DNA from: Pseudomonadota bacterium | GTDB taxonomy: Bacteria; Myxococcota_A; UBA9042 | Reading direction: 5' to 3' | Assembly: GCA_041163625.1 (NCBI GenBank) | Contig: JBEARB010000067.1 | Span: 426-64,425, forward strand | DNA: 64,000 bases | In this document: positions 42,301 to 52,637 of the stretch, piece by piece | Position numbering within the stretch: position 1 is the first letter of the stretch | Layout of the letters: every line of letters starts with the position of its first letter | Made by a program: the position numbers and the translations under genes | Notes under the pieces: model-generated | What the model was told of the DNA's origin: nothing | Seen by the model: only the letters and a program-made list of their open reading frames with translations | Databases searched by the model: none

Positions 42301-43556
42301 GTCAGCTGCGCGCCCTTGCAGCTGCCGTCGATGCAGGCGTCGAGCGCCGTGCAGGCGTCGCCGTCGTCGCACGCGACGTTCGCGAGTACGGTCCAGGTGT
42401 CCTTGCTGATATTGGGCGCACAGGTCAGGCACGGGTTGGCGTCGGAGACGCCGCCGGCGGGCACGCACACGCCGCCGATATCGCAGACCGAGACCGACGG
42501 CACCGCCACACAGGCGCCGCCGAGGCAGACGTCGTCGGTGCACGGGTCGGCGTCGGCCAGACAGGGGCCGGCTTGCGGCGCGTGCACACAGCCCAGGCCC
42601 GGCGAGCAGGTGTCGGCGGTGCAGGGGTTCTGGTCGTCGCAATCGAGCTTGTCGAGCGGCACACAGACGCCGACGGTGCAGATGCCGCCCAGAGTGCACG
42701 GATCCGCGTCGGTGCAGGTGGCGTCGATCGGCAGGTTCACGCAGCCGCCCTCGGCGTCGCATTGGTCCGCGGTGCAGGCGTTGTCGTCGTTGCAGTCGAT
42801 GGGGGCGGCGAGGCAGTCGCCCTCGGCGTCGCAGACACCGGCGCCGGTGCAGTCGTCGCCGTCGTCGCAGCCGCCGCTGGTGACGAGCTGCCAGCTCGTC
42901 GGCGCGCTCGCGTCGCAGATCCGACACGGGATGCCCTCGGGCACGGCGCCGTCCAGGGCGCATTGCCCGTCGACCAAGCAGCGACCTTCGCGCAAGGGAT
43001 GGGCGCAGATGCCGTTTTGGCATTGGTCGTCGGTGCAGGGTAGGCCATCGTCGGGGCAGCCGATCCCGGTGGCGAACGCGACGTGCTTGCAGCCGTCGGA
43101 GCCGCATTGGTCGGCGGTGCAGGCGTTCTGGTCGTCGCACGGCGCGCCGAACGCGACGCAGGCGCCGAGCGCGCAGTTGCCCGGCGCAGGGCAGATGCCG
43201 CCGGTGCTGCAGGTCACCTCCGCCGGCAGCGGCACCAGCGCGCAGAAGCCGTCCTCGCAGCGAGCGATGGCGCAGCTCGAGAGCTGCGGGAACGCGACGA
43301 TGCAGGTCTGATCCACCGAGCAGGGGATATCGCCGGGCAGCACGGTGTCGGCGTTCGCGTCCAGCGCAGCGTCGGGTTGGCCGATATCCGCGTCGCCGGT
43401 GACGACGCAGACCCCCGCGACGCAGGCGCCGCCGGGGCATTGCGCGTCACTGCTGCAGCCGAGCGAGGGATCCGGCACCGGCGAACACGCCGCGACCCAC
43501 ACCGCGAGCGCGGCGAGTCCGATCCATGCGGAAGTAGGTGGGCTGCCCGGTCGCAC
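39366..43556 (-). CDS. Giant lipoprotein (1396 aa) built of about 40 tandem Myxococcus-type cysteine-rich repeats plus a C-terminal non-repeat domain of about 450 aa.
   Basis: GTG 43556 is followed by the signal peptide plus lipobox VWVAACS. The repeats follow the pattern CxDGNPCTxDxCxxxxGC (for example CDDGNPCTKASCASAVGC, CDDQNPCTADTCSPGLGC). The first 224 track codons are Arg-rich and were discarded. Confidence 0.8.
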   Translation of the reverse strand: MRPGSPPTSAWIGLAALAVWVAACSPVPDPSLGCSSDAQCPGGACVAGVCVVTGDADIGQPDAALDANADTVLPGDIPCSVDQTCIVAFPQLSSCAIARCEDGFCALVPLPAEVTCSTGGICPAPGNCALGACVAFGAPCDDQNACTADQCGSDGCKHVAFATGIGCPDDGLPCTDDQCQNGICAHPLREGRCLVDGQCALDGAVPEGIPCRICDASAPTSWQLVTSGGCDDGDDCTGAGVCDAEGDCLAAPIDCNDDNACTADQCDAEGGCVNLPIDATCTDADPCTLGGICTVGVCVPLDKLDCDDQNPCTADTCSPGLGCVHAPQAGPCLADADPCTDDVCLGGACVAVPSVSVCDIGGVCVPAGGVSDANPCLTCAPNISKDTWTVLANVACDDGDACTALDACIDGSCKGAQLTCKDASPCTLDSCDNKKGCVFTPVDSDCEDGSACTVGDTCVKGACKGTPVSSADCLDGNPCTADSCDDVVGCTHTPTNNACDDGDPCTKGDFCTAGLCVAGQIVCPCEFNSDCDDSNPCTIDICELGKGCANKPMLDLVPCDDADACTGADACKDGICKGIKLECDDGNPCTKASCASAVGCVGKPLQGVVCDDGSACTKGDVCLDGVCLGSPKVCDDGNDCTLDTCSPATGLCKHNTAPDGSNCMPDAVPCTLDLCVGGACKHDLVAPGFCLISGACISGGASHPAKVCQGCVPQQNPLGWSLLLGSACDDGNACTGKTTCSATGACLGAAIDCNDDNPCTLDACDPGKIGQDPCSYVVTKGPCEDGDACTVGENCVGGVCLGAPVECDDENPCTTDECSPSSGCFALDKDGVDCDDGDLCTGGDVCAGGKCVGDQGKACDDGNPCTIDSCNDGKACSHQPGGDACDDGDPCTTGDSCVSGNCVPGGPVVCAQPADSGTCEVSVCIPSQGGCTVVSACPTLHACVSGICQTSTNGTTGAAVEVPLGGATQPLRPSLIWQETSTGIFGALPQLWVAAQRNGCDAALGVSAQLSVARFAPQLAAPVVTTLKTPSPTGAGAWCALQPVLQAHPNSYDAVVLGWIEGGADGSACSLGTAGGSLRLGLLGNQGDGLEFGVAAACPTGKSALLPWRPAFALAGKGSSGGAPKLSEVTGSLLRASSGGSQLFGGDPVGGWGGGKGVALPSATLGGYTETPGSARPTVVPWTTGAVLLQPTRFVQGSKTVAALTALRVDAAGVAAKTRSVVLTGASVGGTITYVAVEAALDPAHSRLGVVLGGLAVDAGKPRHFLAFARVHPDQAPTAGPKLVSVIDGVAGSKLRFDTFRIASMPNDPEFLLVYAVPGAGTLKALRIEPVDDASFNVVALGDVGGQFVSHLVDDAADSSGGLSELIVSPDATRYSIAWEGAGKLWLRTAKLPTPN

Positions 43557-43657
43557 GAGGCCTCGTCCGGGGCGTGGACGCACGCCCCCGGCCGTGAGTA
43601 TTCGTGAGCCTGTGCGGAAAGACAAAAGCCTTGTTCGAACAGGGTGCTCGGAAACGG

Positions 43658-45577
43658 TCAGCCGGCCCCGCGCGCGCCGAGGATCCGGGCCGCGATTTCG
43701 ACCACGTGGCGATCGGTCACCAAGCCCAGGAGCTTGCCGTTCCGCACCACCGGCAGGCAGCCGACGCGATTGCGCCGCATGATTTCGACCGCTTCGCGGG
43801 TGGTCGTCTCGGGCGTCACGCAGATCGGATCGCGGCGCATGATGTCCGCGATGGGCACCTGCGCCATCGCGCCGCGGTCGAAGCGGCGACCGACCAGACG
43901 CAATAGATCGTGGTTGGTGACCAAGCCGACGAGTTGACCCTCGTCGTCTTCCACCGGGATATGGCGCAAGCCCTCCCACTCCATCAACGAGGCGGCGAGA
44001 TCGACGATGTCCTCCGAGCGCACGGTGAACAGGTCGGTCTCCATGAACTGGCTGACGCTGCGGTACGAGCTCAGCCAGCCGTCGGCCTCGTCGAGCGAGC
44101 CGAGCTCCCACTCCGCCACTGGCTGACCGCTGCGCTGGCGCGCGATCGTGCCGGCGACCAGCGCGCGCAGGCGCTCGTCGCGGTTGCCACCCTCGCGGGC
44201 CATCGCCGCGAGCGAGGAGATCGCCCACTGCGAGCCGGTCTGGTCGCGCTGCACGCGGTCTGCGATCACGTCGAGGTAGCGGTCACGCTCCTCGGCGTCG
44301 ATGCCCGCGTGCTCGAGACCGAAGCGCGCGAGCGGCAACAGGCGATCGACGATCAGCTGACGGGCCGGCAGCGTCTCGCCACCGAACCAGGTCATCTCGG
44401 CGTTCAGACCGCGACGCGCCGCCGACACGAAGTTGGCCTTCGCGTCGTCGAACGCCATCTCCTGCTCGACCCGGAAGGGCTGTTCCAACATGCCGGCCAT
44501 CAGGCCGAAGTAGAACGCGGCGTTGGCGACCTCGTCGATGATGGTCGGCCCCGCCGGCAGCACGCGGTTCTCGATGCGCAGGTGGGCGACGCCCTCGTGG
44601 ATGCCGTAGCAGGCGCGGTTCCAGCGATAGACCGTGCCGTTGTGCAGCCGCAGCGCGTTGAGCTCGGGGACCAAACCACGCTCGACGAGCGCCACCGGAT
44701 CTTCCTCGCTCGCCTGCGAGAGCAGCACGCGGAAGCGCGCGATGTCCTCGCGGTAGATCTCGATGACCGAGTCCTTGACCCAATCCTCGCCGAAATGCAC
44801 GCGAGCACGCTGGCCGCGCGAGGCATGCAGGCTCGAGCGCGCGTCGATGCTCTGCTGGAACAGGGCGATGCGCGTCTCGGACCAGAGCCGATGGCCGAGC
44901 AGCACCGGCGAGTTCACCGCCGCCGCGAGCACCGGCGCCGTCACCGCCTGCGCCACGTTGTAGAGCTTGGCGAACTCCTCCGGACCGACCTGGAAGTGCA
45001 CCTGGAAGCTGGTGTTGCAGGCCTCGAGCATGACGTTGTCGTGCGTCAGCTCGAGCTCGTCGATGCCCTTGAGGTTGGTGCGGAACTGGCCGCCGCGCAG
45101 GCGAAGTAGCGCGTCGTTCAGCTCGAAGTAGCGCGGCCGCGGCGTCATGCTGTCGAGGCCCAGGTTCGCCTGGGAGATCGTCGGCAGGATGCCCGTCAGC
45201 ACCACGCGCGCGCCGATCTGCTCGGCCGTGGCCTGCGCGCGGTGGTAGAGCTCGAGCAGCTCGAGTTCGAGGGCCCGCAGGCAGCCCGAGCCGAAGACCT
45301 GCACGCTCGCGTTGGCTTCGAGGTTGAAGCGGGCGAGCTCGTTGGTGAAGCGCGGATCGTCGATGCGTTCGAGGATCTCGTCTGCGACGCAGGCCGGATG
45401 CTGGCCCGAGTCGACGAGGAACATCTCCTGCTCGGCACCGATCCGGCGTTTGCCGGATTCGATCATGCCGTTCTCGAGCATCCGCTCGAGGGCAGCGACG
45501 TCCTGCAGGAGCCGGCGCGTGAAGTCACGCAGCTCCTCGGGGCTCATGCCGCCCCGACTCACCCCTTGCTCGCCCAT
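43658..45577 (-). CDS. Glutamate-cysteine ligase family 2 (YbdK-like carboxylate-amine ligase) fused to a C-terminal tandem CBS pair.
   Basis: The N-terminal 470 aa are GCS2-like (IGAEQEMFLVD...). The C-terminus carries two CBS motifs (VRSEDIVDLAASLMEWEGLRHIPVEDDEGQLVGLVTNHDLL and IMRRDPICVTPETTTREAVEIMRRNRVGCLPVVRNGKLLGLVTDRHVV). Confidence 0.8.
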   Translation of the reverse strand: MGEQGVSRGGMSPEELRDFTRRLLQDVAALERMLENGMIESGKRRIGAEQEMFLVDSGQHPACVADEILERIDDPRFTNELARFNLEANASVQVFGSGCLRALELELLELYHRAQATAEQIGARVVLTGILPTISQANLGLDSMTPRPRYFELNDALLRLRGGQFRTNLKGIDELELTHDNVMLEACNTSFQVHFQVGPEEFAKLYNVAQAVTAPVLAAAVNSPVLLGHRLWSETRIALFQQSIDARSSLHASRGQRARVHFGEDWVKDSVIEIYREDIARFRVLLSQASEEDPVALVERGLVPELNALRLHNGTVYRWNRACYGIHEGVAHLRIENRVLPAGPTIIDEVANAAFYFGLMAGMLEQPFRVEQEMAFDDAKANFVSAARRGLNAEMTWFGGETLPARQLIVDRLLPLARFGLEHAGIDAEERDRYLDVIADRVQRDQTGSQWAISSLAAMAREGGNRDERLRALVAGTIARQRSGQPVAEWELGSLDEADGWLSSYRSVSQFMETDLFTVRSEDIVDLAASLMEWEGLRHIPVEDDEGQLVGLVTNHDLLRLVGRRFDRGAMAQVPIADIMRRDPICVTPETTTREAVEIMRRNRVGCLPVVRNGKLLGLVTDRHVVEIAARILGARGAG

Positions 45578-45653
45578 GCTCCCGCCTCCGCTGTGGCTCC
45601 GACAGCGATCCTATCGAGCCGTTCGGAACCCGACAACCGGAGGCAGCGCGGCC

Positions 45654-46694
<1,041 letters not shown>

Positions 46695-46781
46695 GGGCGC
46701 GGAAGTTGCCGGATCGCGCCGACCTGCGCAAGACCCGACCCGGTTTGCGTTCCGGGGTCGGAAGGGGCAACCTCGCCGGCC

Positions 46782-47909
46782 ATGATCGCGGCCCCTGCCC
46801 ACGACTGTCCCCTCTCTCCCTTGGCACCGCTGCCCCGTTGGACCGCCGATCGTCCCGGCGTCGGCGGAGTCGCCCGAGCCCAGGTCGAGGATTTCGAGGT
46901 GGAGGAGTTGCCGCTCTACACCCCCTGTGGGCAGGGCGATCACCTCTACCTCTGGGTGCAGAAGCGCGATCTCGCCGGGCCGATGTTGCGCCGTGTGCTG
47001 AGCGAGCAGCTCGGTGTGCCGCAGGGCGATATCGGCATGGCCGGGCTGAAAGATCGCCGCGCCGTGACGCGCCAGTGGATCAGCGTGCCCGCCCGCGGCG
47101 TCGATCCCGACCGCCTCGACGATCCCCGCGTGCAGGTGCTGCGCGCCGAGCGCCACGGCAACAAGCTGCGCACCGGCCACCTCGCCGGCAACCGCTTCGT
47201 CGTGCGGCTGCGTGAACTCGAAGGCGATCCGAGTACGTTCGCCGGCCGCGTCGCCGCCAAGCTCGCGGCGATTCGCGAGCATGGCATGCCGAACTTCTAC
47301 GGTGAGCAGCGGATGGGCCACGGTGGTTCGACGCTCGCGGCGGGTTGGGCGCTCGGTGCCGGCCACGACGGTCGCGTACGCGTGCGCACGCCCGACGGCG
47401 TGGTGCACCAACTCCACCTGCGCGATCGCAGCCTGCGTCGGCTCGCCGCGAGCGCGGTGCAGTCGGAGATCTTCAACCGCGTCGTGGCCGCGCGCCTCGC
47501 AGCGGGCAGCCTCGATCGCGTTCTGCCCGGCGATCTCTGCCAGAAGACCGACACCGGGGGCTCCTTCGTGACCGACGACATCGTCCGCGAGCAGGGCCGG
47601 CTCGAGCGCGGCGAGGTCGCGATCACCGGCCCGATGTGGGGACCGAAGATGATGCGGCCCGCCGCAGACGTCGCTGCTCTCGAAGAGCGCGTGCTCGCCG
47701 AGTCCGGGCTCACCGAGTCGCTGTTCCGGACCATCGGGAGCCTGGCCGCCGGCACCCGTCGTGCCGTCGTCGTCCGCCCCGGCGAGCTCGAGGCGACGCT
47801 GGACGAGGACGGCTTGCAACTTCGCTTCACGCTGCCGGCTGGCAGCTTCGCCACGGTGCTCATGCACGAGTTCATGGGCCCCTCGGAGGATGCGCTGCCA
47901 TGCGCCTGA
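46782..47909 (+). CDS. truD: tRNA pseudouridine(13) synthase TruD.
   Basis: The sequence GQGDHLYLWVQKRDLAGPMLRRVLSEQLGVPQGDIGMAGLKDRRAVTRQW matches the TruD N-terminal consensus and includes the catalytic Asp. It is divergent from the FKBP gene. Confidence 0.85.
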   Translation: MIAAPAHDCPLSPLAPLPRWTADRPGVGGVARAQVEDFEVEELPLYTPCGQGDHLYLWVQKRDLAGPMLRRVLSEQLGVPQGDIGMAGLKDRRAVTRQWISVPARGVDPDRLDDPRVQVLRAERHGNKLRTGHLAGNRFVVRLRELEGDPSTFAGRVAAKLAAIREHGMPNFYGEQRMGHGGSTLAAGWALGAGHDGRVRVRTPDGVVHQLHLRDRSLRRLAASAVQSEIFNRVVAARLAAGSLDRVLPGDLCQKTDTGGSFVTDDIVREQGRLERGEVAITGPMWGPKMMRPAADVAALEERVLAESGLTESLFRTIGSLAAGTRRAVVVRPGELEATLDEDGLQLRFTLPAGSFATVLMHEFMGPSEDALPCA

Positions 47910-50900
47910 ACCTCGGACTTCTCGAGGCCGGCACTCGCCCGCCGCTCTGGCGCGCGGGCCGGGATCTCTTCCGCGCCGGTGGTGTGGTGCGCATCGCGCA
48001 GCGCGATCCCGAGGAGGATGGCGGCGACGGCTACGAAGCGGTCGTCGAGCCCGAACGTGGCCGCGAGCGGATGCACGTGGTGCTCGGCATCGATCTCTCC
48101 GGGCAGACCGCGGTCCTCGAAGAGTGGGCCTGCGATTGCTCCGACGCCGACGCGGCCTGCTCGCACGTGGTCGCCTCCGCGCTCGCTGTGCGCGACGTGC
48201 TCGGCCGCAGCGACAGCGAAGACGTCCTGGCCGATGCAGGCTGGCAGCAGCTCGCGGCGGCTGGCGCCACGGTCGCCGCGGGAGGGCTGCGCAACTCCTG
48301 GATCTGCTACGACCTCGCACTCGAGAGCCGCGACGGCGAGACCACCGTCGGCATCGTCCGGCGCAAGCGTTCGATGAACGAGCGCGGTGCCCGCGGCGGC
48401 GCCGTGCTCGGCTGGACCCCGACCGCCGTCGGACATTTCGGCTACCGAACGGGCTCGGATCCCGCCAAGAATCGAGACGACCTGATCCCGGTGCTCTGCG
48501 TGGTCAACCGCCACGATCTGCGCGTGCGCACGCTGCAGCCGGGCTTCGTCGACGTCTTCCTGCGGCTGTTCGTCGACGCCGAGCCCTATACGCTCCGCGT
48601 CGACGGCGAAGACGCCCGCGTCGATGGCGCCGAGCGGCCGATCACGCTCAGCGTCGAGGACGCCTCGGACGGGGGCCTCGAGGTCCGCGCCCGGCTGCGC
48701 AGCTTCGCGCCGGGTGGCGAGGAGGACGACGTCGTGCCGATGCCCGGCCCGGTGCCGTGGCTCTACATGCGTCGCGAGCACGCGATGGTGCGGCCGGCCA
48801 CCGGTTCGCCGCTGGTGCTCGAGTTGTTGCGTCGCCGCCGTGTGCACGTGCCTTCGGACGAGATCGACGCGTTCTGCCGCGACGTGCTGCCGCTGCTGCG
48901 CGCCGAGGGCGACCTGCGCGAGCGCTCGTCGCGTCTGCCGCCGCTGCGCTCGGCCACCGGCGTTGCGCGCATCCTGCTCGACGAGGTCGACGGCGCGCTC
49001 GCGGTCTCGCTCCGCTTCGGCTACCCGCCGCCGCCCGGACTGCCGGTCGATCGCGGGGAGGCGACGCAGGGCCTGGACGAGACCGGCCACTACGTCTTCG
49101 AGCCCGGCGTCGGCCAGCGCATCTTCGCGCGGCACGTCGGCGAGGGCGGCAAGAGCGTCCTCTGGCAGCGGGACGAGGCCTTCGAGCAGCATTGGCTGCA
49201 GCGCGTCTCGGACGCCGTTCACGCCGCGCTGCCCGCCACGCTCGCCACCGACGACGCACTCGACTTCCTGCTCGATCGCTTGCCGGAGCTCGAGGCCGAG
49301 GGCGCTCGCGTCTTCGGCCGCGAGGGGCTCACTGCGCTCCGGCCCGCGCGGCACGGCGTCTCGGCGCGCGTGCGCCTCTCGTCGGGCATGGATTGGTTCG
49401 GCATCCGCATCGAGATGCTCGCCGGCGATGTCGTGCTCGACACCGCCGACGTGCTGCGTGCGTTCCGCTCGGGCGCCCGCCACATCCGCCTGGACAACGG
49501 CGAGCTCGCCCGCCTGCCGACGGCGTGGCTGAACCGCAACCTCGGCGCCATCACCGATCTGCAGGAGCTCGGTCGCGAGGATGGCGAAGGCGGCTTCGAG
49601 GTCGCGCCCTACTTGGTGCCTTCGCTGCTGGACCTGGTCTCGGACCCGAGCGAGATCGACACGGGCTGGCGCTCGCTGCGCGACCGTCTGGCCGATTTCG
49701 CCGGTGTGACCGCATTGCCGCTGCCCGGCGGGCTGCAGGCCGACCTGCGCACCTACCAGAAGCACGGCTACGATTGGTTGTGCACGCTGCGTGACCTCGG
49801 CCTGCACGGCTGCTTGGCCGACGACATGGGCCTGGGCAAGACGGTGCAGACCTTGGCCGTGCTGCTCGCCGAGGTCGAAGCCGGCCGCGCGCGGGGCCCG
49901 TCGCTGGTGGTCGCGCCGACATCGGTGGTGCAGAACTGGGTCGACGAAGCCCGCCGCTTCGCGCCCAGCCTGCGCGTGCTGCGCCTGGGCGGCGAGGATC
50001 GCGCCGGCCGCATCGAGAGCCTCAACGCCGTCGCCGAGTACGACATCGTCGTCACCAGCTACGCGCTGCTGCGCCAGGACATCGACGTGCTCGGCGCCGT
50101 GGGCTTCCACTACGCGGTGCTCGACGAGGCTCAGGCGATCAAGAACCCGAACAGCCAGACGGCGAAGTCGGCGCGTCGCATCGACGCCCGCCACCGCCTG
50201 ACGCTGACCGGTACGCCGATCGAGAACAACCTGCTCGAGCTGTGGAGCCAGTTCGAGTTCCTGATGCCCGGCTTCTTCGGCAGCCGCGCCCGCTTCGTGC
50301 GGCGCTACGGCGCGGTCGGCGGCGACGGCGGTCGCGACGGCGCGGCAGAGGCGTTGCGGGTTCGTCTGCGCCCCTTCGTGCTGCGCCGGCTCAAGGCCGA
50401 CGTCGACCGCGAGCTGCCACCGGTGACCGAGATGACGGTGCGCTGCCAACTCGGGACCAGCCAGCGCGCGCTCTACGAGAAGGTGCGCAACACCTACCGC
50501 AGCCGCGTGCTCTCGCTCGTCGACGAGGTCGGCGTCGAGCGCGCCACGCTCGGCGTGCTCGAGGCGTTGCTGCGCCTGCGGCAGGCCGCTTGCCACCCCG
50601 ACCTGCTGCCCTTCACCGAGGCGCGCAAGGTGCGCGAGTCCGCCAAGACGCGCACCTTCCTGCAGACGCTCGGCGAGCTGCTCGACGAGGGCCGTCGCGT
50701 CCTGGTCTTCTCGCAATGGACCTCGATGCTGCGGATCTTGCGCACCGAGCTCGACGAGGTCGGCGTGCAATACGCCTACCTCGACGGTGCCACCCGCGAT
50801 CGCGCTGGCGTCGTGCAGGATTTTCAGCGGCCCGACGGCCCGAGCGTCTTCCTGATCAGCCTCAAAGCGGGCGGCGTCGGCCTGAATCTGACGGCGGCCG

Positions 50901-51208
50901 ATACCGTCATCCACTACGATCCGTGGTGGAATCCGGCCGCCGAGCAGCAAGCCAGCGATCGCGCGCACCGCATCGGCCAGACGCGTCCGGTGCTCGTGCT
51001 GCGCCTGGTCGCCGAAGACACCGTCGAGGAGATGATCCTCGCGCTGCAGGAGCGCAAGCGCGACCTGATGCGCCGCGCCATCGAGTCCGAGAGCGACGGC
51101 GTGAAGGCGCTCGGTCGTGACGATCTGCTCGAGATCTTCGGCGAGGGTGGTGCCACGCTGACCGAGCCGGTGGATCTCGGCTCCGACGCCGGCGCGCCGG
51201 CAGCCTGA
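47900..51208 (+). CDS. SNF2-family helicase/translocase with an N-terminal SWIM zinc finger.
   Basis: The SWIM motif is CDCSDADAACSH. The SNF2 motifs are GCLADDMGLGKTVQTL, DEAQAIKNP, LTGTPIENN and the helicase-C region (LISLKAGGVGLNLTAADTVIHYDPWWNPAAEQQASDRAHRIGQ). It overlaps truD by 10 nt. Confidence 0.9.
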   Translation: MRLNLGLLEAGTRPPLWRAGRDLFRAGGVVRIAQRDPEEDGGDGYEAVVEPERGRERMHVVLGIDLSGQTAVLEEWACDCSDADAACSHVVASALAVRDVLGRSDSEDVLADAGWQQLAAAGATVAAGGLRNSWICYDLALESRDGETTVGIVRRKRSMNERGARGGAVLGWTPTAVGHFGYRTGSDPAKNRDDLIPVLCVVNRHDLRVRTLQPGFVDVFLRLFVDAEPYTLRVDGEDARVDGAERPITLSVEDASDGGLEVRARLRSFAPGGEEDDVVPMPGPVPWLYMRREHAMVRPATGSPLVLELLRRRRVHVPSDEIDAFCRDVLPLLRAEGDLRERSSRLPPLRSATGVARILLDEVDGALAVSLRFGYPPPPGLPVDRGEATQGLDETGHYVFEPGVGQRIFARHVGEGGKSVLWQRDEAFEQHWLQRVSDAVHAALPATLATDDALDFLLDRLPELEAEGARVFGREGLTALRPARHGVSARVRLSSGMDWFGIRIEMLAGDVVLDTADVLRAFRSGARHIRLDNGELARLPTAWLNRNLGAITDLQELGREDGEGGFEVAPYLVPSLLDLVSDPSEIDTGWRSLRDRLADFAGVTALPLPGGLQADLRTYQKHGYDWLCTLRDLGLHGCLADDMGLGKTVQTLAVLLAEVEAGRARGPSLVVAPTSVVQNWVDEARRFAPSLRVLRLGGEDRAGRIESLNAVAEYDIVVTSYALLRQDIDVLGAVGFHYAVLDEAQAIKNPNSQTAKSARRIDARHRLTLTGTPIENNLLELWSQFEFLMPGFFGSRARFVRRYGAVGGDGGRDGAAEALRVRLRPFVLRRLKADVDRELPPVTEMTVRCQLGTSQRALYEKVRNTYRSRVLSLVDEVGVERATLGVLEALLRLRQAACHPDLLPFTEARKVRESAKTRTFLQTLGELLDEGRRVLVFSQWTSMLRILRTELDEVGVQYAYLDGATRDRAGVVQDFQRPDGPSVFLISLKAGGVGLNLTAADTVIHYDPWWNPAAEQQASDRAHRIGQTRPVLVLRLVAEDTVEEMILALQERKRDLMRRAIESESDGVKALGRDDLLEIFGEGGATLTEPVDLGSDAGAPAA

Positions 51209-51388
51209 AAACGCGACGGATCGGCCGCCCTTCGCATCTCCAGATCTTTACGAGCGAGCCTGGAATCCGGCACCGTAGCGCACTCGGGCCTCGCCGATGG
51301 GGCCCGTCCCGCCCTGCCGCTCCGGTGCGCCTGTCGCGCGCCGCCGCGCCCCACCTGCGCACCCCGCGTGCGACCATCGGAGCCCTCG

Positions 51389-51976
51389 ATGCCTGTCCGT
51401 CGAATCGTCCGCACCCTCTTCGTCGCCGCCTTGGTCGCCCTGGTCGCCGCCTGCAGCACCGAGCCCGGTAGCTCCGGTACCGGCGGCAACGACGCCCTCG
51501 TCGACGCCAGCAGCGGCAACGACGCCGCCGCCGACACCGGCACCGGCGGCCAGGACACCGTCGCCACCGACACCTCCGCCGCCGACGGCACCGTCGCGGA
51601 CGGCGCCACCGACGACGGCGCCATCGCCGACACGACCGATCCGCAGGACACCGGCCCGACCGGCCCGACCTTCGGCGAGGTCTTCACCCAGGTGATCGTC
51701 GCCGAGGGCTGCAACGGCCAGTACTGCCACGGCGGCATCTGGCCCGACGAAGCCAAGGCCTACAAGCACCTGACGACGGCCACGGTGAAGCTGCCGGCCT
51801 GCAAGAGCGCGGCCTACGTGACCCCGGGGGATGCGAGCAAGAGCTTGTTCTGGCTGAAGATCGACAGCACCGCGGTGCACGGATGCGGCAACAAGATGCC
51901 CGTCGAGAAGAAGGGCGTGACGGCCGCGCAATCCAAGCTGGTCAAGGACTGGATCGAAGCGGGTGCCAAGCCTTAG
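51389..51976 (+). CDS. Small lipoprotein with a PSCyt1-like (planctomycete-type cytochrome c) domain carrying an atypical CX4CH motif.
   Basis: GGAG precedes ATG 51389. The signal peptide plus lipobox is LVAACS, followed by a D/T/G-rich linker. The sequence CNGQYCHGG...SKSLFWLKI...WIEAGAKP is paralogous to the 52638..53117 protein and to the C-terminus of the first gene. Confidence 0.6.
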   Translation: MPVRRIVRTLFVAALVALVAACSTEPGSSGTGGNDALVDASSGNDAAADTGTGGQDTVATDTSAADGTVADGATDDGAIADTTDPQDTGPTGPTFGEVFTQVIVAEGCNGQYCHGGIWPDEAKAYKHLTTATVKLPACKSAAYVTPGDASKSLFWLKIDSTAVHGCGNKMPVEKKGVTAAQSKLVKDWIEAGAKP

Positions 51977-52007
51977 ACTCGGCGCTCCCCCAGCTTTCGG
52001 AGCCCCG

Positions 52008-52628
52008 ATGTCGCCGTCCCGTTCTCCCCTCGTCCCGCTCGTCGTCCTGGTCGCGACGCTCGTCGCGACCGGCTGTGGTCGCACCATGCAGCCGCGTACC
52101 AGCCGCCAACTCGATCCGTCGACGTGGCTGCAAGGCGCGGTCCTCGACGCTTCGGACGCCTACCCGATCGCCTTCTGGGCCGATCCCTGCCGGCCGCCGG
52201 CCGAGCACGAAGTGGGTAGCGACACGATCCGCACGCAGACGTGGCTCTGCCATTTCGCACGCCAGCTCAACGCAACCGTCGCCAAGCGGGGGCTGTACGA
52301 TGCCCGCTTCGCCTCGGCCGGCAAGGATGTGCTCGGCGGTCGAATCGAGGCCGGTCTGCACGAGTATCCCTGCGAGCCCGATGCGGTCGATCGCCTCAAG
52401 CGCGAGGCCGTGCGGCTCGCGCGCATCGAGCTGGTCAAGGCCGAGACCACGACGCTGCGCGAGACGACCGCGGTTCGCTTCCGCATCGCCGTGATCGTCG
52501 GTACGCAGCGACTCGAGTACGAGACCAACTCGTCGGTCGTGAGCTGGGACGTCGACGTTTTTCAACGCCTCGGCACGATGATCCTCTCGGATACGCGCTT
52601 CTGGTCGGCCGTGAAGATGGCGCTCTAG
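52008..52628 (+). CDS. Hypothetical lipoprotein.
   Basis: GGAG precedes ATG 52008. The signal peptide plus lipobox is LVATGCG. It is coding-like, with no homology that I recognise. Confidence 0.5.
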   Translation: MSPSRSPLVPLVVLVATLVATGCGRTMQPRTSRQLDPSTWLQGAVLDASDAYPIAFWADPCRPPAEHEVGSDTIRTQTWLCHFARQLNATVAKRGLYDARFASAGKDVLGGRIEAGLHEYPCEPDAVDRLKREAVRLARIELVKAETTTLRETTAVRFRIAVIVGTQRLEYETNSSVVSWDVDVFQRLGTMILSDTRFWSAVKMAL

Positions 52629-52637
52629 GCGCGTCGA

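Noticed and set aside
40162-43440. Several long ORFs on both strands inside the giant Cys-repeat gene (40162..41211, 41008..43311, 41263..43440, 41511..43043).
   Set aside because: They are produced by the repetitive, GC-rich repeat DNA. Only the minus-strand frame yields the regular CxDGNPCT repeat pattern with a lipoprotein signal.
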